NCBI RefSeq assembly: GCF_006345805.1 | Contig: NC_043016.1 | Coordinates: 26,784,001-26,848,000, forward strand | Reading direction: 5' to 3' | DNA from: Octopus sinensis | Taxonomy: Eukaryota | Length of the DNA: 64,000 nucleotides | Part shown: piece after piece, positions 28,186 through 43,232 of the stretch | Layout: every line of letters begins with the position of its first letter | Position numbering within the stretch: position 1 is the first letter of the stretch | Position numbers and translations under genes: made by a program | The notes under the pieces: generated by a model | What the model saw: only the letters and a program-made list of their open reading frames with translations | The model's database searches: none | What the model was told of the DNA's origin: nothing

Positions 28186-28372
28186 TCTTAAAAAAAAAAT
28201 GCATTAAAATCAGTAAAGCAAAAAATTAGCTACACTACTATCACTGTTAGTTTCAACATCCTAAAGAACTATAAATGCTATAAATATTAGATAATGAAAA
28301 AAGCAGTACATTTTTTAAATGAATGGATGAAAAAATTTAGTAAATAACTGACGATATCCATGAACATGGATA

Positions 28373-28373
28373 T

Positions 28374-28436
<63 letters not shown>

Positions 28437-28442
28437 AACTAC
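28373..28442. repeat. (TAC)n microsatellite
   Basis: About 20 tandem TAC units. Confidence 0.95.
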
Positions 28443-29439
28443 TTTTGAAAGCTTAGATTACAAAAAAGTACATAATTTTGTTGTAGTACAAAAATTTATA
28501 TAACTTAGTTCTATTTGTGTGTATGTGCTACAAATTATCTCACCTTCCCCCTCAACCACTACTGGTTTACTGGCCCCTATGTATCTCTGACCATCTTCCT
28601 CTCCACTTTCATGTCTCTCATTCTCCACACATTCTTGCAACCAACCCATCAATTCCCTTTCTTTCATCTTTTCCTGTATTACTATTCTGCAGCTTTGCAC
28701 CCTTTCTGAACAAGTTATCACCTCCTCTTCCCTAACTTAATTTCAACTCATATTTATCATCAACCACCCCCATTACCCTAGTTCACCGTTCACTACATTC
28801 ACCCTACACCTGACTTTCATTTTCATACACTCGCACAACATCTACTCACCCATCCTACCCAGTGTTCTGTCCCCTCTCTCTTTTCTATTCACTTCCTTGA
28901 ACTTTGAGGGCTCACTCTAACACCTATCATAATTATCTCTCCCTTTTGAGTTTCACTCCAATTGCTCCCACCCTCCTTTATAAAATGTGAGGTAGCCATG
29001 TATCTCCTCTACTGTAACAAACTTGTTTCAATCCCTTGTTTCATGTTTTAACCACTCAACACTAGCATAAAGTTGCTCCTCTCTTTACTGAACCCCCATT
29101 TAGTAAAGAGTTATATTTAGTCTTGAAAGTTACAAGATAGGTTCACTGGTGGTAGTGTCACAAAAAAAGGATTCATTGCACTCTGTAAAGTGGTTGACTT
29201 TAAGAAAAGCATTCAGTCACAGAAACCATGCCAAAGCAGACAATGGGATATGGCAGTTTTCCGACTTGTTGGGTCCTGTAGAACTATCCAGTTCATGCCA
29301 GCATGGAAGTTAGATGTTAAATGATGATGGTATGGTAAGTGTGCAGGCATGTGGGTGAGTGAGAGAGAGAGAGGGGAGAGGGAAAACATTAGAATACAGC
29401 AAAACAAAAGTTGATCTAAGAAGACATGTTTTTTATTAC

Positions 29440-29531
29440 CTTGGCCATTGTGGACCACAAAGAGCATATTTGCAATTTTTACAGCAACCACGTGTAAATG
29501 GATTTTGGCTACCCCTAAATTTTCCAGTCAC
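29440..29531 (-). CDS. ZDHHC8: ZDHHC5/8-like exon (PaCCT region)
   Basis: Hand translation [30 protein letters not shown](R), matching the VTGKFRGGxNPFTxGCCxN segment of ZDHHC5/8. Acceptor ttaacAG, donor GTAATA, 92 nt. Confidence 0.93.
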
Positions 29532-30714
29532 CTGTTAAAAATAAATATATTATGATACAATGTTTATTTCTGGATAAATTCATGAAAAAAATGAAACACA
29601 TTAATATCTTTCAAAGAATTTTGTAAATGCAATCAATATTTTATAAGATTTCAAAATCTTTTCGCTAAGTGAGTTTATCAAACGCAAAGAAGCAAAAGAA
29701 TGGTGAAATACTTTATAATGAGTGGGTATCAAAATGGTAATTGGTGCTCCACCAAGAATATTTAGATGTAGGTATGTTGAAGATTTTTAAAATAAGATTT
29801 ATGTCAAGAACAATTCATTTTCATGCATGAGTGATTTGCAAAACTTGTTCTTTATAAGTTTATAATAAATGACATTTTCAACAGATTTCTATGTTTTCAA
29901 CTTCAAAATGGAGATGAAAAAATTTCCATTTTTTTAAAATTTCATTTCCAGTGAATCATAAAGTCAAAAGAATTGAGAATCACTGCAGGAGACACAAATA
30001 TTTTGTTTTTACATTATGAAAAACAAAAACCAAAATACTATTTTAAATGGCCACATGACTTCCTCAATTTCAAAATCTATTTTGGCAGTTTGGCAAATTA
30101 TAGAAATCAAATCAAATTCATCTCTATTCTATTTACTTAATATCATGAGAATTTCAAACATTTGTTTTCCTTGAGTTAACCAATTTGGGGATCAAATTAT
30201 ATCCTACCAATTCTAAATTCTAAAGTTTACTTTGTCTTCATTCAATGTATCAATATGTACAATACAAGATTCTCAGTGTGTTACATATCCATTAGAACTC
30301 CAAAGAACTAAAGCAATTCACATCTTTTGTTAATCTCTTATTCACCAAAACCTTCATAATGTCCAATTCCTCCTACCAGTTCACAATATTTCCTCATTTC
30401 GTATTACTGTCATTATAAGTAGTTCAAGCCACAATCATCTCTTTCAATTACCTTCTAAATTAGATCTTTTTCGATATTCTCTACAAACATTATAGGACAG
30501 GTGGCATATTTATTTTTAATATATTATTGCTGAAGAAGCTATTAACTCCACCCAATTATTTTATAGTCTAGAATTAGCTGCACACAATGCTGGACCACTT
30601 GTAAAACCCAAAAGGATTAATCACCAACATCAGTAGAGACTCCATCAATCAAGTTAATGATTTCACATATTTCAGTTCTGAAATAGCCTCAACTGAAATG
30701 GATGTAAAATTTTA

Positions 30715-31268
30715 GACCACGTCATAAAAGTTACAGAAAGGGACATGGCTCAATTAATTAGGAAAAGTGTTAAACTAGATGAGGTGCAGTTTGGGTTTGT
30801 GCCAAGTAGAAGCACTACTAATGTTATTTTCCTTGTAAGGCAACTGCAGGAGAAGCACTTAAACAATAAACTGCTGTTGACATGGAGAAAACCTTTGACA
30901 GAGTCCCTCACTCTAGTGGTCAGTGCAAAAGCTAGTGGGTAGATGAGAGCTGTTGAAGCAATGTACAGGAATGCAGTTAGTAATGGTTCTCAGATCCCTC
31001 TCATTTATCATAGTTCTCTAGGCCATAACTGAGGAAGTTAAAAAAGGTTGCTCTTAGGAGCACTTCCTGCAAATTATTTGGTGATTTCACTGCTGCTACT
31101 GTCATGTAAAAAACACCCAGTGGTTAGTTAGCATTAGGAAGGGCATCTAACCATAGAAACTATGCCAAAATGAACAGCAGAGTTGGTTGTAATCTTTTGG
31201 TTTGCCTGTTCCTGCTAAACTATCCAATCCATGTCAGCATGGAAAATGGATGCTAAATGATAATGACG
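30715..31268 (+). mobile_element. RTE-clade LINE relic
   Basis: LDEVQFGFVPSRSTTNVIFLVRQLQEKHL (RT subdomain) followed by the family 3' tail. Confidence 0.75.
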
Positions 31269-31355
31269 AGTGTAGCACTGAAAAAAACAATGTTAACATC
31301 CAATTTAATAATTATAAAGGTCAAAACAAATAAAATACAAAAATAAAACACTTAC

Positions 31356-31458
31356 TTGCTCATTAGTTGTTCTTCCCCTAGCAACCAGAACTGTATGGAA
31401 ACCAGTAAGACCAGCAACCGGAATAATTAATATACCAATAATAACCATTACAATAAAA
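31356..31458 (-). CDS. ZDHHC8: ZDHHC5/8-like exon (TM4 and TTxE motif)
   Basis: [34 protein letters not shown]. Preceded by TTCCTTAACcacattcAG, donor GTAAGT. 103 nt, in phase with both neighbouring exons. Confidence 0.95.
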
Positions 31459-32877
31459 CTGAATGTGGTTAAGGAAAAATCAATTTCATACATGTATATA
31501 TACATACACACACACACATATGTACACAAGGTGCATTTTTTTTTGAAAAAAAAATTTAAAAGCATATTTTAAGAAAATAATCACTCACGATTGTTTTTAA
31601 GATGTAATGTTAATACTGATGTTTAATTAATTGTTAAATATTTTCTTCACAATCAATGCAGACAGATTTTAATACGCTAAATTCAATTGTCTTCAGGTGA
31701 ATTATTTTAATCTAGGATCAGGCTAGGTACTAAATTGAAATCTTTGTTTAGCTTAGCTTTGAACATACAAACACACACGGATGTTCCAAAAATTTCAAAC
31801 CTGACAACATATTTAAAACACATAGCAGCAACAAAAGAATACATTTCATTTTTATTTTACAGTCAAGCTCTGGAACACTCCTTTTCATTTTCATTTTTTT
31901 TTTTTGTGGATAATGTTAACAGTTATGAGGAAATGGCACACTGATGTTTTTAAGCAGCCAAACAAACATCAGTGTAAAAAATTTTACTAATAAAAATATT
32001 ATCTAAGAACCAATGTAAATATTTTTACAAATAACAATGTTATCTAAGAAACTATTTCATTGTTTGCTTTGACTATAACCTGATTACAGATTATAACTAA
32101 AATGCATATTAATTTCAGTTACAAATTTAGTTTGCAAAATTTTCTGGAGATTTTATGAATGAACATAGCTATTATGGACTACAAACAAGGAGAATGGGGC
32201 AATAATACAGGAGTTAAGAACATGCTGCCCTTGAACACTTATTTATATACCAAAAGATCTACAAAAAATTTTCCAAAGCTGGAAATGTTTGCTAGAGACA
32301 AAGTGAAACCATTAAATTTCACTACTAACTGTGAAGTGGTCCTCATAGATATTTATAAATGGAATAAAAGAAAGTCTCACTATTACTTAATCTTATAAGC
32401 AAAGCAAAAGGTCCTCTAAAAGCTAGAGTAGGATCTCTTGCTGGGTGAAGAAACAAATGTAAATAGATATAGTTAGCAGTATAGACACCCATTTAATTAA
32501 AGGGGGTCATAGCCTCTGTTACCATGGTAACCTGTTTACTATGAGAATTTCAGTGAATGGTTACTATTATATAGTAGCTAGAGTAAAGAAAAGGTAGAAG
32601 TTTGTAACAGAATTTCTCTTTTTGTGTATAAAATGTCCTATGAACTAAGTTAAAGAAGTGTGATGCAACATGGTAATGTGGAGGATGAAGATTGATTGGC
32701 AATCCCACTAGTGCCAGTGGTATGGAAAAAGCATGTAAAGTAGTTGGCATTAGAAAGGGCATCCAGCAATGGAAACGCCAAAGCTGATATTGGAGCTTAA
32801 TGCAGCCAGACCCTATTAACCCATTCAAACCATGGAAAACAGACATTAAATGATGATATATACATTATTTCTCTCTC

Positions 32878-33493
32878 TATATATATATATACATATATAT
32901 ACATATATATATACACATATATATATACACATATATATATACACATATATATATACACATATATATATACACATATATACACATATACATATACACATAT
33001 ATATATACGCATATATATATATACACATATATATATACGCATATATATATATACACATATATATATACGCATATATATATACGCATATATATATACGCAT
33101 ATATATATACGCATATATATATACCATATATATACACATATATATATACACATACATATACACATATATATACATATACATATACATATATACACATACA
33201 TATACACATATACATATATATATATACACATACATATACACATATACATATATATATACATATACATATACACATATACATATATATATATACACATACA
33301 TATACACATATATAATATATATACATATATATATATAATACATATACATATACACATATACATATACATATTACATATACATACATATATAATACATATA
33401 TACATATACATATATATATACATATATACATATATACATATATATATATACATATATATATACATATATACATATATACATATATATACATAT

Positions 33494-33524
<31 letters not shown>

Positions 33525-34047
33525 TACATATATATAATACATATATATATATACATATACATATACATATATATATATATATATACATATATACATATAT
33601 ATATATACATATATATATATACATATATATATATACATATACATATATATATACACATATATATATATACATATACATATATATATACATATACATATAT
33701 ACATATACATATATATATACATATACATATATATATACATATACATATATATATACATATATATATACATATACATATATATATACATATATATATACAT
33801 ATACATATACATATACTATATATATACATATACATATATATATACATATACATATATACATATACATATATATATACATATATATATACATATACATATA
33901 TATATACATATATATATACATATACATATATATATACATATACATATATACATATACATATATATATACATATATATATACATATATATATATACATATA
34001 CATATACATATATACATATACATATACACATACACATATACATATAC

Positions 34048-34079
<32 letters not shown>

Positions 34080-34277
34080 ACATATACATATATATATATA
34101 CATATATACATATATACTATACATATACATATACATATATATATACATATACATATATATATAATACATATATATATACATATACATATATATATACATA
34201 TACATATATATATCATATACATATATATATATACACATATACATATATATATACATATACATATATATATAATATAC

Positions 34278-34328
<51 letters not shown>

Positions 34329-34356
34329 CTATATATATATACATATATATATATAC

Positions 34357-34390
<34 letters not shown>

Positions 34391-34430
34391 CATATATACA
34401 TATATATTACATATATATATCATAGATAGA
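32878..34430. repeat. Compound (TA/CA) microsatellite inside the U12 intron
   Basis: About 1.5 kb of ATATAC-type units. Confidence 0.95.
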
Positions 34431-34431
34431 T

Positions 34432-34592
34432 ATATAAATGAATCAAAACAGTTTGATTCAAATTCCTTGGTACTCAAAGTTTCAAAGTGTGATGTTTATC
34501 CTTAGCGATTGGAAAAATTCAAATTTCCAGTAACTGAGGATAAAACTTTAAGTACCAATGAATTTGAATCAAGCTGTTTTGATCCATATATG
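34432..34592. mobile_element. MITE-like inverted repeat
   Basis: GAATCAAAACAGTTTGATTCAAATTCCTTGGTACT (34440) pairs with AGTACCAATGAATTTGAATCAAGCTGTTTTGATCC (34551). Confidence 0.6.
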
Positions 34593-35313
34593 TAACTCCC
34601 AATAAAATGTGTTGAGTGCCTTTCTTTCATTTGTTCATTCACTCGTGTGTGTGTGTGTGTATATTCTGAATTTATGTGGAAAGCGGAGAAGAGGTACACT
34701 GAGAGAATGGCTGGACCTTAGATATCAGCTGACATAAGAGTAAATTTGTGAATTTTAAAAAAGGGACTGGAGAGAAAGTATGTAGGTTTATTTATAGATT
34801 TATTGAGTTTGAAGGAACAGTGCTTATGGCTTCTACAAACCCTCCAAAATTTGTCAGAAATTCTCAGTGTGCATCTACCTTGACATTAAACATTCACTGA
34901 ACCAGGCAATTTTTGCATATACTATTGATAATCCATTTTTTTATGACAAAAATAGTAGGAGTATGATCTGACAGTGCATCGTGTATGAAATCACAAAATT
35001 TCATGCATCTCTCTGCCTATCCTAAGCAATACAAAGAGTAGATGTTAAACCAAAGAAGAAAGTAGTGATTATGATGATGATAATGCTTGTTCTATTTCTG
35101 CTTAGAATGTTGCTATCATCATTATTGCTTTTCCATGGGTTGGACAGGACACTTTTGAAGCATTCTTTCACATCCACAAGTTCTTCCTAAAATCAGCTCT
35201 TTTAGTGGTGCAATTATTTTAAAAATCGAGATATCAAAATTCAAAAGACGTACATTATGTTACATTAAAAGCACAATTTTCATTAATGCAATATTTTTTC
35301 CAGAAAAGGATAC

Positions 35314-35486
35314 GCAACAATACTTCCAGCTTGGGCTAACTCTTTTTTATGATCTAATACATATAATAAACATAAAGAAAATATACTTATTTTATGAATT
35401 GTCAATGAAATCAAAAAAAGAAAGAAATATCTGTAATTTCTTCTGCCAATACAGTTATTCACCCAAGGACAATGATGATCAAATGT
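35314..35486 (-). CDS. ZDHHC8: ZDHHC5/8-like exon containing the catalytic DHHC motif and TM3
   Basis: Not in the ORF track; translated by hand: [58 protein letters not shown]. Acceptor ttttcAG, 173 nt, followed by GTATCCTTTT (U12 donor). Confidence 0.95.
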
Positions 35487-36522
35487 CTGAAAAAGAAAAG
35501 AAAATATTTGTTAGAATGTAGGTGTGAAATATTGAGTTTATCAAATACATTATCATTTTATAGTGTTTATTGTTTCTAGAGACTGGTTTTATTCTTTCAC
35601 TCCCATAAATACCTTTCAGATTAGAAAAATGGAAAATGAAAAGGTTTACAGAGAATAATAGGTTGAAAAGTTAAAGGTTAGAGTTTGATAGGAGGCTAGT
35701 TAGTAATGCCACCCCACCCACCCCCAAATGCAATACTTGTGGGTTTTAGGTATGGGAAATGAAAAGTGAGTGCTATGTTCAGTTACAGATACGGGAAGAA
35801 TACAATCAGAAGTTTAGAAAAGTGGAATTTATAGTAGTAAACAAAGAATATATTAAGTGAAAACACTGCAATGATAGTAACACTAAATCCTTTTAATGAG
35901 AGAAAATTTTGTTAATCAACTAAATGAATGAGTGGCTATCACAAATATATTCTATAATATAAATTCAAAAATATATGCCTCGGTTCATTACTCCATGGTG
36001 TTCTATTATTTGGCAAAATTATGGCTATGAGAGTTTCTTTGAAAATATTAAGCGCTAATGTGCATATGTCATAGTTATAGTCTTTAATTTTTTTTTTTTT
36101 TATTGATGATAGATCTTTTGCAATCCGTCTAGTTGGCAGGAAAAATTGGGGTGGCTGGAAGACAATAGCTGTGAGCAGTAAATCAACCCACTCGAAACAG
36201 GGAATTTTCATCAGGCATATAATAAATCCTCTCAGAATCAAGCTACTGAGCTCTCAACATACTGTTGATAATTTGCAAATATTTATCGAAACACAAACAT
36301 TTGTAAGCATAACTATGGCCATACCACAAATCAGCTCAGAATTTTTATTCAGTCTCTGTTCAGGAAAAGGACATTTCCAGATGCACTTATAAGAATAGAC
36401 GGCATAAATTTTGGTTGCCTTGAAGAATTCATTACTATTTAACCAGTTGTATATGGTATTGAGGACAAGTTACAAAGCATAAATATAATTCACATATATG
36501 TATAAACATATATACACATATA

Positions 36523-36582
36523 CAGGTGTTGGAAAAAATAATGGAAACACTTAGCATCATAGAATCATAATTTTGAAATATC
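36523..36582 (+). mobile_element. Solo left end of the Tc1 family seen at 26350
   Basis: TA-CAGGTGTTGGAAAAAATAATGGAAACACTTAGCATCATAG matches 26350-26410. Confidence 0.8.
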
Positions 36583-36891
36583 AACATCACCATCAAAAGC
36601 TTACATACACATACATATATACACACATACACATATATATAAACATATAAACATATATACATCCATCCATATATCCATATATATATACATCCATCCATAT
36701 ATCCATATATATATACATCCATCCATATATCCATATATATATACATCCATCCATATATCCATATATATATATACATCCATCCATATATCCATATATATAT
36801 ATACATCCATATACACATATATACATATATATACATACATATACATATATACACATATATACATACACATACATATATATATACACATATA

Positions 36892-37295
36892 TCATCATCA
36901 TCATCGTTTAACGTCCGTTTTCCATGCTAGCATGGGTTGGACGGTTCGACCGGGGTTTGGGAAGCCAGGCGGCTGCACCAGGCTCCAGTCTGATCTGGCA
37001 GTGTTTCTACAGCTGGATGCCCTTCCTAACGCCAACCACTCCATGACTGTAGTGGGTCCTTTTTACGTGCCACTGGAAGCTGGCAAACGGCCAAGATCGG
37101 TTGGTGCTTTTACGTTGTCACCGACACGTACGCCAGTCAGGCAGTGCTGGCAACTGCTACATTCGGATGGTGCTTTTAATGTCACTGGCACGGGTATCTA
37201 ACACCAACATCAAAATGAAAATCAAATGGAAATTGTAGTTAACGTATTTGACTCAATAGGTCTCCTCAAGAACAGCGGGTCACTCTACGATCCAA
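36892..37295 (-). mobile_element. RTE-family 3' UTR/tail copy
   Basis: (cat)n-TTTAACGTCCGTTTTCCATGCTAGCATGGGTTGGAC...GCTGGATGCCCTTCC. Other copies at 7181, 26225, 32700, 50442 and 63351. Confidence 0.8.
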
Positions 37296-38498
37296 CGTAT
37301 ATATATATATATACGTACACTACATATATACACACACATACACATGCATACATACACATACACACATATATATAACATACACACATATATATACATAAAC
37401 ACATATATATATACATACATACATACACATATATATATACATACATACATACACATATATATATACATACATACATACACATATATATATACATACATAC
37501 ATACACATATATATATACATACATACATACACATATATATATACATACATACATACACATATATATATACATACATACATACACATATATATATACATAC
37601 ATACATACACATACATACATACATACACATATATACATACATACACATATATATACATACACATATATATACATACATACACATATATATATACATACAC
37701 ATATATACATACATACACATATATACATACATACACATATATACATACATACACATATATATATACATACATACACATATATATACATACATACACATAT
37801 ATATACATACATACACATATATATACATACATACACATATATATATACATACACATATATATATACATACACATATATATATACATACATACACATATAT
37901 ACATACATACATACACATATATACATACATACATACACATATATACATACATACATACACATATATATATACATACATACACATATATATATACATACAT
38001 ACACATATATATATACATACATACACATATATATATACATACATACACATATATATATATATACATACATACACATATATATATATACATACATACACAT
38101 ATATATATATACATACATACACATATATATATATACATACATACACACATATACATACATACACACATATATATACATACATATATATATATACATACAT
38201 ACATATATATACATACATACACACATATATATACATACATACACACATATATATACATACATACACACATATATATACATATATATATATATACATACAT
38301 ACACACATATATATACATACATATATATACATATATACATACATATATATACATATATACATACATATATATACATATATACATACATATATATACATAT
38401 ATACATACATATATACATACATATATATACATATATACATACATATATATATACATATATACATACATATATATACATATATACATACATATATATAC

Positions 38499-38557
<59 letters not shown>

Positions 38558-38562
38558 CATAC

Positions 38563-38619
<57 letters not shown>

Positions 38620-38828
38620 CATACATATATACATATATACATACATATATACATATATACATACATACATACATATATATACATATATATACATATATAC
38701 ATACATACATACATATATATACATATATATACATATATACATACATACATACATATATATACATATATATACATATATACATACATATATATACATATAT
38801 ACATACATATATATACATATATACATAC

Positions 38829-38861
<33 letters not shown>

Positions 38862-39562
38862 CATATATACATACATATATATACATATATACATACATAT
38901 ACATACATATATACATACATATATACATACATATACATACATATATACACATATATACATACATATATACACATATATACATACATATATACATACATAT
39001 ATACATACATATATACATACATATATACATACATATATACATACATATACATACATATATATACATATATACATACATATATATACATATATACATACAT
39101 ATATATACATATATACATATATACATACATATACATATATACATACATATATATACATATATACATACATATATACATACATATATACATACATATATAT
39201 ACATATATACATACATATATATACATATATACATACATATACATACATATATACATACATATATACATACATATATACATACATATATACATACATATAT
39301 ACATACATATATACATACATATATACATACATATATACATACATATACATACATATATATACATATATACATACATATATACATACATATATATACATAT
39401 ATACATACATATATATACATATATACATACATATATATACATATATACATACATATATATACATATATACATACATATATATACATATATACATACATAT
39501 ATATACATATACATACATATATATATATACATATATACATATATATACATACATATATATAC

Positions 39563-39597
<35 letters not shown>

Positions 39598-39804
39598 CAT
39601 ATATACATACATATAAATACATATATACATACATATATATACATATATACATACATATATATACATATATACATACATATATATACATATATACATACAT
39701 ATATATACATATATACATATACATATATACATATATATATATATATACATACATATATATACATATATACATACATATATATACATATATACATACATAC
39801 ATAC

Positions 39805-40556
39805 ATGAGTGACGATGCATCTTTTTCTTCACACATCGCGAAGGTGGCGACAATGTGCAGACGACTCACTGGCTGGATCCTGAGGACATTCCGGACAAGA
39901 GACTGCGAGACCATGTTGACACTATGGAGGACATTTGTCCTAAGCCGCCTGGACTACTGCTCCCAACTGTGGTCACCGCATAGTGTCAAACTAACCACAG
40001 AGCTTGAGACAATCCAAAGACATTTCACCAAGAGGATTTCCACCATGAAGAAAAGAACTATTGGGAGAGGCTTAGGGAACTCAATTTGTACTCCTTGGAA
40101 CGAAGACGAGAGAGATATGCAGTGATATACATATGGAAAATCCTGGAGGGACTAGCACCAAATTTTGGAATTGAGAGCTGTTCCAATCCCCGTACAGGAC
40201 GTCACTGTGTGGTGCCAAAGGTCCCGTCTTCCACATCCAGGGTAAGGAGCAGATACTGTAATAGCCTGGGGTTCAGGGGCCTCAGCTTTTCAACAAACTG
40301 CCAAGCTGCAAGAAAACTAAGAGATCTACATGATGCGGATGTGGACATTTTCAAAAAACATCTAGACAAGCTGCTTTCCGGGATCCCAGATGAACCCACT
40401 GCAAGGTACGAAGGTAACCTAAGGGCAGCAGCTACAAACTCTCTCTTAGATCAGTGGCCAGCCACGGCAAACTGGACTTAGAGAGGGTAGCAACAAGGGC
40501 GGTGCCCCAGCATCGCCTCAGCCGGATGGCTGAAACAAGTAAAAGAGTAAAAGAGT
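39805..40556 (+). mobile_element. CR1-like LINE 3' fragment
   Basis: [49 protein letters not shown] with frameshifts. Tail GGTGCCCCAGCAT..TGAAACAA(GTAAAAGA)2. Confidence 0.85.
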
Positions 40557-40618
40557 ATATATACATACATATACATATATACATACATATACATACATAC
40601 ACATACATACATATACAT

Positions 40619-40662
<44 letters not shown>

Positions 40663-40725
40663 GTATGTATGTATATATATATGTATATATATATATATGT
40701 ATGTATGTATATAGTGTATATATAT

Positions 40726-40756
<31 letters not shown>

Positions 40757-41058
40757 TATGTATGTATGTATGTATATATGTATATATATATATATATGTA
40801 TGTATGTATATATGTATATATATATATATGTATGTATGTATATATATATATGTATGTATGTATATATGTATATATATATATGTATGTATGTATATATGTA
40901 TATATATATATGTATGTATGTATATATGTATATATATATATGTATGTATGTATATATGTATATATATATATATGTATGTATATATATATATATGTATGTA
41001 TATATGTATATATATATGTATGTATGTATATATGTATATATATATGTATGTATGTATA

Positions 41059-41441
41059 TCTCTCTCTATATAAACGGCAGTTTGTCTGTGCGTTTTCTGT
41101 GTGTCTGTTTTCTCGTACCCTCACTCTGACCACGGCTTTCAACCGATTCTGATGAAACTTGACACACACATAGCCCAATGTCATAATTCAAAACTAACGC
41201 AGCGAAAATTTTGAAAAGTTCCCCAGTTCTGAAAAAGATCGATAAATTCGACATGGGGTCGAGAATCTGAAACCCAAACCACAGACCGTCTAGGGGACGC
41301 AACTCCACCTTTTTTATCCCTCAAAAAAAATTTATCATTCATTTTTTTCCCATTTTTTTGCTATTTTTGGCTATAACTCTCTAAAAATGCTTTATAGTTA
41401 TTTCCCTTACAAACCTGAGCAACGCCGGGCGATACTGCTAG
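41059..41441 (+). mobile_element. Non-autonomous Helitron
   Basis: A|TC start, TTTGTCTGTG 5' motif, subterminal hairpin CCTGAGCAACGCCGGG, ends CTAG|T. The last ~70 nt are shared with the copies at 49308-50328. Confidence 0.8.
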
Positions 41442-41705
41442 TATGTATATATATATGTATGTATGTATATATATATGTATGTATATGTATATATATATGT
41501 ATGTATGTATATATGTATATATATATGTATGTATGTATATATGTATATATATATGTATGTATGTATATATGTATATATATATGTATATATGTATGTATGT
41601 ATGTATGTATATATATATGTATGTATGTATATATATATGTATGTATATATGTATATATATATGTATGTATGTATATATGTATACATATATATGTATGTAT
41701 GTATA

Positions 41706-41926
41706 TCCTTAAAATCCTTAAAAATGTTTTAGCCCGAAGGCCGCGGCCATGCTGGGGCACCACCGCTGAATGAGCTACACTAAGTTTGTAAATCCACCTC
41801 TGATACGTGGCACTTGATCAACAAGGGAGTTCGATGCTGCTGCACGCATCCGTGTCTCCTGTCGTGAGGCAGGTTCATCTAGGACTCCCAACAAGAAGAG
41901 ATCCAGTTTAGTTTTAAAGAAACCCA
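41706..41926 (-). mobile_element. CR1-like LINE extreme 3' end (relative of the 39805 element)
   Basis: Minus strand [37 protein letters not shown] aligns with [29 protein letters not shown]. Tail GGTGCCCCAGCATGGCC..(TTTTAAGGA)2. Confidence 0.8.
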
Positions 41927-41962
41927 CATGTATATATGTATGTATGTATGTATATATCTATG

Positions 41963-41993
<31 letters not shown>

Positions 41994-42048
41994 GTATATA
42001 TATATGTATGTATGTATGTATATATATATATGTATGTATGTATATATG

Positions 42049-42083
<35 letters not shown>

Positions 42084-42416
42084 ATATGTATATATATATA
42101 TATGTATGTATGTTATATATGTAATATATATATATATATATATGTATGTATATATGTATATTATATATATATATATGTATGTATATATGTATATATATTA
42201 TATATATGTATGTATGTATATATGTATATATATATATATGTATGTATGTATGTATATATGTATATATATATATATGTATGTATGTATGTATATATGTATA
42301 TATATATATATATATATATTGTATGTATGTATGTATATATGTATATATATATATATATGTATGTATGTATGTATATATGTATATATTATATATATATATG
42401 TATGTATGTATATATG

Positions 42417-42447
<31 letters not shown>

Positions 42448-42456
42448 GTATATATG

Positions 42457-42487
<31 letters not shown>

Positions 42488-42777
42488 ATATGTATATATA
42501 TATTATATATGTATGTATGTATATATGTATATATATATATATATGTATGTATGTATGTATATATGTATATATATATATATGTATGTATGTATATATGTAT
42601 ATATATATATATGTATGTATGTGTATATATATATATATGTATGTATGTGTATATATATATGTGTATGTATGTGTATATATATGTATGTATGTATATATAT
42701 ATATGTATGTATATATATATATGTATGTATATATATATATGTATGTATATATATATATGTATGTATATATATATATG

Positions 42778-42809
<32 letters not shown>

Positions 42810-42894
42810 TATGTATGTATGTATATGTATGTTATATATATATATTATATATAATATATATATATATGTATGTATATATATATATGTATGTATG

Positions 42895-42926
<32 letters not shown>

Positions 42927-43201
42927 ATTATATATATATATTATATATATATGTATGTATATATGTATATATATATATGTATGTATGTATATAGTATATA
43001 TATGTATGTATATATGTATATATATATGTATGTATATATGTATATATATATGTATGTATGTATATATGTATATATATATGTATGTATGTATAATATATGT
43101 ATGTATGTATATATGTATATATATATGTATGTATGTATATATGTATATATATATGTATGTATGTATGTATATATATATATATGTATGTATATGTATGTAT
43201 G

Positions 43202-43232
<31 letters not shown>

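Larger units (their letters stand above)
31459..35313 (-). other. U12-type (minor spliceosome) GT-AG intron
   Basis: 5' splice site GTATCCTTTT (plus strand aaaaggatac 35304-35313). Branch site TTCCTTAAC (plus strand 31468-31476) ends 7 nt before the AG, with no polypyrimidine tract. Confidence 0.92.
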
